64,000 nucleotides of DNA from Takakia lepidozioides (Eukaryota; Plantae; Bryophyta), in assembly GCA_030704615.1 (NCBI GenBank), contig CM060732.1, positions 1,674,001 to 1,738,000 on the forward strand, given 5' to 3'. Every line of letters begins with the position of its first letter. Position 1 is the first letter of the stretch. Positions 24,792 through 36,635 of this stretch are shown in pieces. Under the pieces are notes generated by a model. The model was not told where the DNA came from. It did not search any database and worked only from the letters and a program-made list of their open reading frames with translations. Made by a program: the position numbers and the translations under genes.

Positions 24792-26041
24792 GTGAAGCAC
24801 ATCAGAACTCAAGCCTTTCACCGCCTAAAGGGTAAAGATTTCAAACCATGTTTTCAAGATGAGGTATGGTTTTCACCCGAATCTGTTTTGGAAAGCCTCT
24901 TTGATGAAGTACAAAATCTAATACCTAAAATTCCTGTGATGTCTTGTAATCTTCCATATATGATGGGGATATACAAGTTGCACAAGAAAAAATACAGATG
25001 GATTACCAATGCTCATAAATGTGTTTTCAGTGAAATCGCCAGCCTCCTTACTTGTGCCACTATGTTCCTATTACCTTTAGTCAAGGAATGGACCAAGGCA
25101 TGGCTTGACACTTACAGAAGCTTTTTCAAAGTGTCTACTGCCATGTATTGGATCATTGACAGTATTACCGACTTCACTCTGAACCTTCCCACAAAAATCC
25201 ATGATGTTTTTGCGGCTGACATCACACAGTGCTATGAAAATATTCCTCTGATAGGAGATGACAATCTGAGCGATGCCATTGCGCATGTGATTAAAATTGC
25301 GTTCCAGCAATATCATGTGGAACACCCATGGTCACACCATTCTATATGGATCCGGATCATAAATGGGTCCTTCGGGAAGTGCATGTGGTCCCCTAAATCT
25401 GGTACATGGATTGAGCTTTCAGAAGTCACATTGCTTCAGCTCCATAAATGGTTAATGTCTCATTGCTTTGTAGCATTGGGGACCCGTGTCTGGCGTCAGA
25501 TCTCTGGGATTCCCATGGGTTTCTCATGTTCGCCTTTATGGTGTAATATCTACTTCCTTTCATACGAGCTTAAGTTTATTTTAAGATTGGCAGCTCTTGG
25601 TCAATTTCAACTGATGCCTAAATTTCAATATGATTTCCGTTGCATCGATGACATATGTTGGCTTAACATTGGAAACGCTATGCTATTCCTTAATCCTGAT
25701 GCAGATAGATGCAGCAATGGCTTCTACCCTCCTCATACACCCAGTACATACAATTTCTACCTAACAGGCCTGTGAATCAGTCCTACAATAGAGTGATTTC
25801 TCAAGCATTTCCAATTCTGTATATCTCCAGCAATGTTGAATTGGCTTGGAATGAATGTTGTGTCCTTATCCATACCCTTGGGATGAATGGTTTTAAAACC
25901 AGGAAGTTAACTAGGATCCTCGTAAGGCTTCATGAACAGGGCTCTTTCCCTGGCCTCTTTTTCTTGTTACCAGAACTTATTCATAAACTAAAAGGTAAGA
26001 CTCTACACTTTGTTGTACAGATATTCCTTTGTTTATGGTAG
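24792..26041 (+). mobile_element. Penelope-like element reverse transcriptase fragment
   Basis: YKLHK, ADITQCYENIP, RQISGIPMGFSCSPLWCNIYFLSYE, FRCIDDI motifs; thumb region continues in a second frame. Confidence 0.8.
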
Positions 26042-26346
26042 CATGTTATTTCTTGACCTGGGAGTATGGAGATTGTAGGCATATCTATTTCTATGGTAAA
26101 CGAGAAATAAATACTACAAAGTAGAGGGAGATCCTTTATAAGATGGGGTCTGGTATGCACTCCCTTACGGGGTGAGTGCATACCAGCCTCACTCCATAAG
26201 GAGCTGCCATACCAGGGGATGGATGGTGGGAACCCTCTCTCTCCCTCCCTCTCCCTCCCTCCTTGGATCTGGCTGATTCTCTTAAAACCTGACAGTTTTA
26301 AGGCCAGTGATATGTTACTAATCAATAACTAACTTATTTGAGATTT

Positions 26347-27064
26347 CTCATCCATATTGGATGATTTCTGGTTATTTTATGGATGGATTTCGTTGTTGGG
26401 TAATTAACTATGAAAAAATTCATCCATAAAAGATGAACTTCATAATATACAGATGACATCATTAGTTGGGTGATCTACCTTTGACAAAATTCATCCATAT
26501 TGGATGTATTTTTGGATGAAATCCGTCACTGGGTGTTGAAACATTTACTTACGTTCATCCACACCGGATGAATTGTTTACTTGATGGATGATGTCATCGG
26601 ATTAGTTGATTTACCTATGGCTGAATTCATCCATACCGGATGAATTCTTTTTTGGCTGAAATCCTATTACTGAAAAAGTAACCATCACCCTTAGTTCATC
26701 CATACCGGATGAACTTTTCCACCTCTGGGATGAAGGTGGCGGATGGTGGATTTTTTCATCTATCAAAGTTCATCCATCTCGGATGGTATACTTGCAGGAC
26801 GAAATTGGAATTTGGTTAATTTCGGTTATTTACATTACCAAGATTTTTTGTCAGGATCCTAATGGAGCCATCTTATTATTTAATTTTTCATCCATAAATG
26901 GATGTAATCCTCAGAGGATGACACAGAGATGAAAAATCCAGAAACAATTTCATCCAGCATGGATGAAATCACGATAGATTTCATCCTGCGTGATTGAGTT
27001 CATCCAGGATGATGGATTTCATCCCGGATGAAATCAAGGCGAATTTCATCCCGAGCGGATGAAA
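26347..27064. repeat. Array of about 12 palindromes, consensus TTCATCC-N5-GGATGAA; first seven spaced 64-74 bp
   Basis: Cores at about 26347, 26419, 26490, 26554, 26626, 26695, 26769, 26887, 26949, 26999, 27018, 27045. Confidence 0.9.
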
Positions 27065-28283
27065 TCGCGGGAAATCGCGCTTCATCTCTTCCCTGCCCTA
27101 ACCCTCTGCACGACGATCGTGCTTAAGGGATGGCGGGAGCTGAGAGATGGTGGCGGGGAGCGCATGGAGCTCGATTCAGGCGCCCTTGAATGCTATGGAG
27201 CTGCGCCATTAAGGTTTTTTAGGTGTTTTGGCAAGATTTAGTACCTTCTTCCCCACTTGGGGGTGCAATGGCGGCGGTACCTACAATTTCCCTGTGGTGG
27301 TTGTCTCTAATGCTTGGCGGGCGATCTACCTGTGCTGTGGATGCTTGCTATGACCTTCTTTGATCATTAAAGATACATGCGGCGCATCTTAATGCCTCAG
27401 GGAAGTGTCTGAACTCTTTAAGTTTGGGCGATTCACTTTCTTTGTGCATGCTTTGTGCATTCTTGTTGTGCATACTTGTTTGCTGGTCTTGAGAGCTATG
27501 GCGCATGCCTATGTTCCACAAGCCATCAAGGTATTGGCTTGCATATGCTCTGTTTCCTTTCTGCCCTTGCTTTGTAATACATGTTGTACAACGATAACAA
27601 GCGTGAGACCTGCGATTCACCTGGGGTTCCACATCGTCTCTAACTTAAGTGTTTATATTGCATGTGATGGGACCAGGTGAGGGTCCTCACTTAACATGAA
27701 TTTTAAAGCTTCAAGGTGATTGGAAGCGATTTCGAGAAGCGAGGGCATTTGGTATCTTTGGGGGAGAACAATGTTTTCTTCGTCTTTTCTTTGATCTTGA
27801 TGGCTCCTATGTTTAACCTAGTATGATGGACAATCAATCATTAGGGAGACTATCTCTTGCTCCCTATGGCATACTGGTGTGATAATGGAGCAATGATATG
27901 ACAAGCTGATGGCTTTAAAGAGATCTAGTAATATGCTACAATGTAGGGCAGACCTGTTTTCATGACCAGACAGTATTCTTGAATGTACAAGCATTGGAAA
28001 CTTGGCCTCTTTTAGGAGCTGGTTACTTTAGGACGCTTGATGCCATGCCAAACTGATATGGATGGATCTTTTGTGGCCAAATCTGGTCTTTGGTTATGCC
28101 CTTGAATGTTTACCTATTTTCCAAAATGGTAAGACATTGGTAGATGTGAAGAGAATGATTGAGGCCTTGCACACTGCTTGTTTTCTGATGAGAAATTGGG
28201 CCATATAGGGCCTGTCTGCCATGCTAAAAACACCATCGTTTCATGCCTCTCTTTTATACCAATTTGAATGAACAACTTTGCAG

Positions 28284-31200
28284 GAGAATATGCAAAGTGT
28301 GGCAGATGAGATCCCTTCGGGGCAGGGGAAGGAGATCATTGTTGATGTGGACGATGAGTTCTATGAAAGCAAAGTTGTTGAGATGTTGGGGGGTCAGAAG
28401 GTAAACTCTCAGCTTGTGGTGCAAAGTATGCTTGCCCCGAGTGGGAGGTTGAAGATTCCCCTGTGTAGGTTGGTTTCCATGCCCGTCGTTCGTCCACCCC
28501 TCATCAAGGACATCCTGAAGTTGGAGGCCGAGTTTGTTCATGGGTATTTGGATGGATCCGCAGTCTTTTACGTTTCTACAAAGGATTCCAGAGGCAATGA
28601 GCTCCTCGTGGATGAGTCAATCGTGGACTCCTGGGATCCCATTCGGAGACAGGTGAACGAATCCTTCGAACTACTTCTCTCCAAGAAACCTTCCACCCAG
28701 GCATTCTTAGGGAAGATGTTTCATGTTTGGGATGACAACCACCGGTTGCTTGCATGGATGGCTGTCATTGGGAGGCTGCACTCACAGGAGGAAGAGTGGC
28801 ATTCCTCTGTTCGATCGATGGTGCTGGATTGTGACGAAAACATGATGGGTCTTCTGACAACAATGAATGATGTGAACAAGTTGGTTTCTCATTCTACATG
28901 TTCCATTTGTGGTTCCGTGGTTCTTTCGTTCCAGTCCTTTGTTGACGGTCCTTGAATTTCATTTTGACTTTCACACATCATTCTGCAGAGGGACGAAGAC
29001 ATCGCATGTCAAAACGAGTCTGGTTCATACACTGTACATGATACAACGGATCGGGCAGATGCCCTTGACCAACTTCAAGACCATCCTTTCAGCAGAGACG
29101 TACAAGAAGTGCGAAAGCTCCAAGACATCAGAAACGTGGTACTCGTTGACCCGTGAGGCTTTCATGGAGTATATGTACGTGGTGAGATACATCTTCCATC
29201 ATCTGGCCTTTCGATATTCCTGCTTCCACATGTTTGTTTTTGTTTGTTTCCCTTGCCCTTGGGTTGATGCAACTCTTGTGCATTCCCTTGCAGTAAGACA
29301 TTACAGATGCAGGAGAGCGTGGCAAACTGGAATACTACAGCTCTACCCCTGAGGAGATAAGGACAACAAAGGGCGTTGAGAGTCACATCCAGAAGGAGAT
29401 GACCGCCACAAGAAGGACTATTATGAGTGCTTTTGTGAAACAACTGAGAATTGCAGACCCAACCTTCGGACCAGAGTTCCTTCAAGAGGTGAAAAACCAT
29501 TACAACAAGCCAGGCAAGCCGGAGATGGCCCAGGAGAAGTTACACAGGTTGTCTACTGCCGTTGTGTCTTCAGAACAGAAGATGAAGTGGCTACAGATAT
29601 GGAACTCCGATCCCACTGTTAGGGATACCCACATGTTCCCCAGACCGGAGAAAGAGAAGAAGACCCAGCGTGTCATTCCTGTCAGTGACAATGTGCTGGA
29701 TACATGGCTTCATAAGGCCACTTACTGGAGCCAAGTATGATGTCCTTTGCTGTGTCACTTTCTTTTCGCTTTTTCTATCATTCTTTTCCATGTTACATTG
29801 GTTGTGATTGTTTTTGTGTTCATTCTTGCTTCTGTATTGGTCTGCAGTTGGAGGAAAGGGCCCGGTCCGTTCTACATACTCAGCTGGCTGACTATGGGAT
29901 CACCATGACAAAACCGAAGGTCTCCTTCCAAGCATACATGAGGAAATGGAGAGCCATAGTGTGGCAATCTTGTTTCTTCAAAGAGTTCAGCAATGATGTT
30001 GGCATCAGTCGAACAAATGAGCTTGACCAGCAAGAGAAATGAGAGGAAGCCTGGAAACGATGCCTTTACAGGTGCGAAATGGACTGTGCTTCTTTGTTTT
30101 GCATAGACACAATCTCCTCCATCCAACCTGTTTTTGGCTGGCTCATATGAGTTTGTGGTGGAGTGTACTGTGCCGCATACTCTTTTAGGGGGTCTTCGTG
30201 ATGGGGTGGAAAAGTTGGGAGACAATATTTGCATTGCATAATGAGGTTGTCTCTGTTCCTGCAGGTACATAAAGTATGTTCTCATGGCAGAGAACTGCTT
30301 GGACAAACATCCTGATTTCGTGGACCTTTGGCTTGTCCCTGCTGGCAACCAGACCATGTTTACTACGGGGATCTTGCATGACTGGGGCCCAGACCATCTT
30401 TCTGCTTGTGGTTGGTATTTGGATTGCCCTGCTTCAGAGACCCCAGCTCAAGAGGTGTCTTTGAGGAGAGAGAATGAGCGTATAGCAGCTACCGCCATAG
30501 GAGACGACCTCGACATTCATGAGAGAAATTTGAGGACTCTTGCAGAGAAAGAGCCTCCCGCTCAGGATACACCGGGTAAAGGTAGAAAGGCAAAGGGAAA
30601 GGATGTTGCTGGTGGTGTGGGGAAAGGAAGGGGTAGGGGGAAGGGGGCACAAGGGCAGGTAGGTGGGCAGGGAAGTGTTGCAGATACTGGCCCTCTGGTG
30701 GTTGTCCAGCAGACTCCACCGCATGGTAGGGGATCCAGAGAAAGAACAAAGGGGTGGTTGATCCCAAGGACCCGTACCATGCAGTGGAGCATCCCACGAG
30801 GGTCATTCGCCCTACCAAGTTGGAGATGGCCAACGTCGGGTTTCTTGCCATGATGGAGTCCAAGAAATCTGATTACAAGGGCGAACCATCACCAGTGTGG
30901 GAGAGGATTGTGGAGTTCCTCGGCACGGTGCGTGTTGTCTTTTGCTTCTTGTCTGTTGTGTGCATGGATCGTTTCAATCCTCTTGAGCATTCCATTGCAT
31001 GCTTATGACCAAATCCTGGGTGAACGGGAAGGAGAAGCCATATGCAGCCAAACTCATCATCTTGGACATCCCTGATGGGTTGCCAGTCTCGGATGTCCCT
31101 CCATCGAGTGCTTGTCCAGGTTAGAATGCTTTTGATGAGCGCTACTGGCGGTGGATTTTCTCCTTTTGCAATTTCTTTCTGTCCGATGCAGGTGTTTTGG

Positions 31201-31340
31201 TGCTCATCCAGTCCATTGACCTTCGCTGTCGCCGTGCACTTGCCAGCTATTTGAAAGCCTCCGGTATGAGGGTCGTGAAGACATGGAATTGTGTGAACAG
31301 CATGTACCTGACGAAGGGAGATCGTCCCGGAGAGATGGTA
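28284..31340 (+). pseudogene. Intron-containing gene: ParB/Srx-like N-terminal domain and beta-class N4/N6 DNA-methyltransferase-like C-terminal domain (3' truncated)
   Basis: GT-AG introns 28880-28988, 29182-29293, 29735-29847 and 30072-30264 keep the frame; FHVWDDNHRLLAW (ParB DGxHR-like); KLIILDIPDGL...YWRWIFSFCNFFLSDAGVLVLI (DPPY-region-like); stops at 29294, 30040, 31122. Confidence 0.65.
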
Positions 31341-31449
31341 AATCTGCCTTCTTATTCCTCTTCTTGGTGGTCCTCGGATGGAGTTGCATAAGTCACTCAA
31401 ATGAATATGTAGGGGCCTGGTTTTCAAGCTTCTTAGTTCCTTGTGTATG

Positions 31450-31559
31450 TCCTTGATGCACTTAAGCAAGAGACAGACATAGGTATCTGAATCTGTTGAA
31501 ATGCATCCTTCGTTTAAAGTCTGTAGAGCCTCTGTCAGTCTGCCTGCCTCACAAAGCAT
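31450..31559 (-). pseudogene. Short PPR N-terminal fragment (MLCEAGRLTEALQTLNEG)
   Basis: Close match to 13012-13120. Confidence 0.75.
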
Positions 31560-31904
31560 TTAGCCAGAATATGTGTTTACGTTGATGTCCCATATATTGT
31601 GCGTATCGAAATTTAAGCGTCTGTTTGATTTGGGCGTCAGTAGCTGCGCCTTTGGAGTGCCATTTAGAAAGTAGTTTGAGAGTTTGTTATGGGGTACTGC
31701 GGATTGTGTCCATTTTTGTATGTATATTTTAGTGTGGCTAGCAGATACCGAGGTTTGCTTATTGGCTTCTCGAGTAAGGGTTTTCAAAAGGTTGCGTATG
31801 GGTCGGGGTTCAAGGGGTCGGGTATGGGGTGTATTAGCCAGAATGGGTGGGTATGTGCTATGTGGATGGGATCATTGGTAGGGTCAACAGGGGGTTCGTT
31901 GGCA

Positions 31905-32070
31905 CCTTCCTGGGCAAGAAGGTCGGCAGCCTCGTTCCCCCGGATACCTGTGTGTGCGCGTACTTTGATAAAGTGAATGGGTTGGTTGATGGAGTGAGCG
32001 GTGCCCTGATTGGCTACAAAGTATACTCCATAACCAGCGTGGGAGTCAGTGAGGGAGCCGTCGGTGTAGT
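31905..32070 (-). pseudogene. RNase H domain of the LINE (internally deleted)
   Basis: HYTDGSLTDSHAGYGVY...HFIKVRAHTGIRGNEAADLLAQEGA. Confidence 0.8.
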
Positions 32071-32691
32071 GGGAGTGGGATGGAGGAAATTTGGGAGGTA
32101 TAATTTGGCAGTAGGATGGGGAGGGGCGGGGGAAGCGTAGGTTGGCAGGGGATGGGCGCGGGAGTGCCCTTTTCCATGCCTTGCGTTAATCCTAGGGAGT
32201 GGGTCAGGTGGAAATGTGAGGACTGGGTGTGTGGTATGGTGGGGGTAGATGGTGGTTTTTAGCTTGTGAGTGTGCTTAAGGAGTTGATTCAGTAAGGCAG
32301 GGAAGGTGGGAGGTATGGTGGAGTGCGTGGTGTGTTGGACATGAAGGAGAAGGGTAAGGGTGGATTCTTTGTAACGAAGGTATTTGGGGAGAGGCGGGGT
32401 GTGGATGTACCGGAGTTGGTTAGGCTCGATAGCGGCAAGGAGTGTTACGCCGGGTGGGAATTGTATGAAGGGGTGGGGACTGTTGGGTAGCTTCTGGTGA
32501 GTGAGTAAAAGGATCGTGACGTTTGATGGGGAGGAGTGTGTGGCCATACGGGCCCATTGGACGGCCTGAAGGGGGGTGGGCAAATCCCCTCGGGCTGCCC
32601 ATGCGTGCTGGGTGGCATGTCCGGTGGCTCCGAAGATGCAGTCTCGGGGGTGGGGGCTGGCAAAAGTTGTGATTCCCATCGGATAGGGACT

Positions 32692-33469
32692 CCACCCAGA
32701 CCCCTCCTGCCCATACGCGCTCCCTTATGCAAACTACTTCCACCCCAGCTCCCCCCTCACCTGGCACTCCTGCAACTCATCATGACTACCCAGATAACCC
32801 AGACGCATATGTTATCGAAGCCATCCTAGGTTTTAAGACCCAAACTTCTACAGACTCATATGGGGCCACATGTGTTGATACATATTACCTATGCCAATGG
32901 GCTGGCTACACAGCTGATGATAACTCGTGGCAAATCGAGGACGACCTCTTTGGCTCACATGATGACTACGACCCCGCCCACAATCTCACACTCCTCACTG
33001 CATTCCACAAACGTACCAACACTAACTACCTCGCGCATACCCACCAACAACATACCTCCCAAACCCATCATGTACATCAACCACTTACTCAACGTACACA
33101 TACACATTACTGAATGCAATCCAAATAAGGATATTTTGCACACCTCCCCCACAATCTGTCAAGGCCCTCGTATGTCCACTATCTACACATTCAATGGCCG
33201 TTTTCTTGGCCTCATTCCCAATGACAGACTAGCATGGCTATGGGGCTAAATACTCTACTTCCTCCCCCTGTGACACTCAAATCCACCCACCCCGCCAAGA
33301 CTTCGCTACCGAACTCAGTTGGCTTGTTACCCGCTACCTCCAAGACACTCCTCCCAAAAAACCCCGTTCCCTGACAAAACTGTCACAAGCCTTTGCTCAT
33401 AATACTATCCCCCCGGATATCCTCTCTCTGCTCATTACCACTTTCGAACTCACTCATTCATATTATTCC
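32692..33469 (+). other. Internally inverted LINE segment containing a chromodomain
   Basis: YVIEAILG...YYLCQWAGYTADDNSWQIEDDL; C-rich strand flips; GGACT (32687-32691) and AGTCC (33470-33474) bound the segment. Confidence 0.8.
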
Positions 33470-33736
33470 AGTCCGCAAAATTGGGAATAAAGAGATGGGA
33501 GGGCTTGTAGTCCATTGAATTTGTGGGCTAGGAATTAAAGAAGGTCGCAGTAGATAAGTCCCAGACGTCCAGGGTCATTGAGAGCTTCTTGTAATTAGGT
33601 ACCAATGGTTCGGGCATATGAAATAATCAGGGGGCTGGAGCCGACGCCGTAACAGTCTGTCGGGAGTTGGGTGAGAGCACTAGGAGTATTAGTAGGTAAG
33701 CCACATATTCGCTTGGTTAGTTGAGTGATGTGTTGT

Positions 33737-35368
33737 CTAGTACTTTGAGATCCGGGAGGGAGAAGGGAGCGGCGTGAAAAGAGTATTGGACTTGTGGCTT
33801 AAGCACAGAGCTGATGATTGACAGTTTGGGTCTAATGGAGACAGGGAATTTAAGAAGAGTCGGGCTTTTGTTAGAGAGCTTAGCAAGTGTAGTGGTCTTT
33901 TGCATGTATGCCAAGTAAGTGATGGGACTAGCTGGATGCCTAAGTATGTGTAAGGCTCATCGGGTTCCAAAAAGGGGAAGGGGTTGTTTAGGTAATGGAT
34001 ATAGAGTTTACAATGGGAAGCAATTGCAGTTTTTGTTAGATTACTGTGGTGGGTTGCTGCAGTAACGGCGCACTTGTGGAGGCTAAGTTCCATGCCCAAC
34101 CATAGGTTAAAGCGGGATAACTTGCTGACTTGTCGGTTGAGGTGTTGGGGTTTGTGAGCTAGGATAGCTAGGTCGTCAGCGTATGCGGCAGCGGAGATTT
34201 CGCTAGGGGAGGTTTTATAGTGATAGCCGAGATTTCCGCGTACTAACCATCTGAGGAGAGGTTCTAAAAAGATAATGAATAGGTATGGACTGAGGGTGTC
34301 ACCCTGAATGGTGCCGCGTAGGACAGGAATAGGGGGGGTAGTACCATAGTATGAGCCGGAGTATTCCGTAGTGTTGTTGGTATAGATATTGCCAATGAGT
34401 TGGATGGCATCGATGGGATAACCGAGGTCCGTCATGATTGCAAGTAGTCTGGCATGGTCTAAGGATCCGAAGGCATTTTTAAAGTCTATATACAAGAGGT
34501 AGATATCTTGTTTAGTGAGCTTGGCATCTTCGAGGGCTGAGAGGACGTATTGTATTTGACAGGTTGTGCTACGCGTGGCTTGGAAGCCCTCTTGGGGGTC
34601 ACTCAGAATATGGTGTTGTTCTCCGTAATTAGATAGCAGCGTGGTCAGTGTGCTAATAAACAATTTATAGATAGTGTTGGCTAGGGCTATGGGTCTGTAG
34701 TTACCGAGGTCAGTAGGGTCGCCTTTCTTAAATAGCAAGATGGTGCGACTATGTTTCCATGTGGGTGGGATACGCTTGAGTTGGTAGCATAGTTTGAAAA
34801 ATTTGAAGAAGAGGGTATGGAGATGGGGGTCAAGCGCTTGTAATATAGCGTTAGGGATCATATCTGGTCCAGGGGCTTTTGATTTGGATAGACCTTTAAG
34901 GCAAGAGTCATAGAGATCTAGCGTGAATAGGTCATATATGCGGTCCGTGGGTATCCCACGTTTGTCTAATGAAAAGCCGTTGAGGTCATGCCATGGGTAA
35001 TGCTTGACTTCACATAAACAGTTGGGGTGGTGGTGCTCAGGGTGTAGGCAGTTCGTGATAGCGGGCGTATAGGAAGCGGATGCTTGTATCCATATTTCTT
35101 TGTTGATATCAATGGGGCTTGTCAAGAAATGGCCCAGCCGATGTTTAAGGCAGTCAATTGGTGGGTTGAGCGTAGGGTTAAAGATGGCTTTGTGCGCTTT
35201 TTTAGGATGGTCATGTAGGAGCTGGCCAAAGGAGGTGACAATTTTTTTGTGGTTATCGCTAGCTTTTTGTTTGGTTATAAGATATGTGGTTTTTTTTGCG
35301 TCCATTCCTAGCTTGGCGAGGGCAGCAACCCAATTCGGGATGGTACTGTGGTCCACAAGAGGGGGCAA
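33737..35368 (-). CDS. LINE reverse transcriptase domain
   Basis: KAPGPD, NYRPIALAN, IDFKNAFGS, GTIQGDTLSPYLF, AYADDL, YTYLGI. Confidence 0.92.
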   Translation of the reverse strand: MPPLVDHSTIPNWVAALAKLGMDAKKTTYLITKQKASDNHKKIVTSFGQLLHDHPKKAHKAIFNPTLNPPIDCLKHRLGHFLTSPIDINKEIWIQASASYTPAITNCLHPEHHHPNCLCEVKHYPWHDLNGFSLDKRGIPTDRIYDLFTLDLYDSCLKGLSKSKAPGPDMIPNAILQALDPHLHTLFFKFFKLCYQLKRIPPTWKHSRTILLFKKGDPTDLGNYRPIALANTIYKLFISTLTTLLSNYGEQHHILSDPQEGFQATRSTTCQIQYVLSALEDAKLTKQDIYLLYIDFKNAFGSLDHARLLAIMTDLGYPIDAIQLIGNIYTNNTTEYSGSYYGTTPPIPVLRGTIQGDTLSPYLFIIFLEPLLRWLVRGNLGYHYKTSPSEISAAAYADDLAILAHKPQHLNRQVSKLSRFNLWLGMELSLHKCAVTAATHHSNLTKTAIASHCKLYIHYLNNPFPFLEPDEPYTYLGIQLVPSLTWHTCKRPLHLLSSLTKARLFLNSLSPLDPNCQSSALCLSHKSNTLFTPLPSPSRISKY

Positions 35369-35859
35369 GAGGGCTTGGCAGACCGGGAGAGAGTTTAGGC
35401 AAGTAATGCGAGGGTCGTGTCTCCATTCTGTGTGATGATTATTGGATGGGAAATTGGGGATGATAGTAAGGGCACGACGTATGGTATGATGGGTGTTGAG
35501 GTGAGAGGTCCAGGCACATTTTTGTGAGCGGGTAAGGTATCCTCCATTCTGTTTGGATCAGGTAGTCCGGGGGAGGTCCTGGGGGCCGAACATGTTGCTA
35601 GCACACTTTTAGTCATTTCTTGGAGGATGGTTGTGAGGGTACGCTCAGCCTCGATCCAGGTAGACTTGGGGGATTACGTCATATTTGTGTCGGAAAGGGT
35701 GTAGGAGAGTTTTTGGGTAAGGAGTGATGCATGAGGTTGAAAGTGTTTTAGAAATGCGGTGATATTATGTTGGGGTAAGGAAGAAAGGATACGGGCTTGT
35801 GGGTCTTGGGTCGGGATAGGTGGGATGGGACGGATGGGGATGAGAGATGGAGGGAGAGA

Positions 35860-36635
35860 GACAGAGACTGGGTAATGGTCTGAGTTGTAGATGTTGTCGA
35901 TATGGATATGGCTTGTGAGGTAAGCGGGGATTTCTCCAAGTGACTTAAGATAGAAACCATCTATAAGGCTTAGAGATGAGTAGTTGAGGCCGCCTTGCCT
36001 CGAATAGTGGTGGTCTGAAGGTACGTACCTGAACTGATGGTTATGTATAAAGCGGGCCCAGTCTTGGTCAAGGGAGGATGGGGGTTTGTGGGTACCATTG
36101 TATGTGTGGCCCAGTAGAGCAATGTCAGGGTTGAAGTCTCCTACCAGTATGTAGTGATGGTGTTGTTGCGCGGGGTGCTTGACTGTGTTAGAGATTGTGT
36201 CCAGTATGTCGGGTATCAGGGATAGGTCATCAGCATGGGATGGCATATATAAGTGAATGAGGGTGATGGGGGTAAGTGCAGGGAGGTGCAGCTGGACAAT
36301 TTGAAGGTGAGATCGGAGAGGGAGGGGTACTAGTATTTTTGTGGTGGTACTGGGGGAGTGATGGGTGCGGAGGATGCCAAGTGCCACACCACCCCGAGTA
36401 GGACAGTAAGGGGCAGAGCGACGACGGAGACATTGTGGGGCTGTCATGGGGGTCCCATAGAGAAGGTAGTAGGATGGCAGGAGTTTGTTAATATAGGAGT
36501 TGTTGGTGTTGTTAGTGTTTAGTTTGGTTTCTTGGATGAGAATAATGTGCGGGGGCGTAGAGTCTGTGAGGAGGTGGATCAGACTCTCGATACTGGTGGC
36601 AAGGGATCCAACATTCCAAGTGGTGATGTTAAAAG
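35860..36635 (-). pseudogene. LINE apurinic-like endonuclease (APE) domain
   Basis: ITTWNV...ILIQET upstream of ORF 35674-36447, which carries GGVA, LYMP, VGDFN, IDGFY and SDHYPV. Confidence 0.88.

Noticed and set aside
26347-27064. CRISPR array
   Set aside because: Repeats are short and variable, alternate spacers are homologous to each other, no cas genes are present and the context is eukaryotic
28284-31340. In-frame stops rescued by U-to-C RNA editing
   Set aside because: That editing is organellar; the gene is nuclear and has a frameshift and a damaged acceptor (~31000), so ordinary transition decay is the simpler explanation
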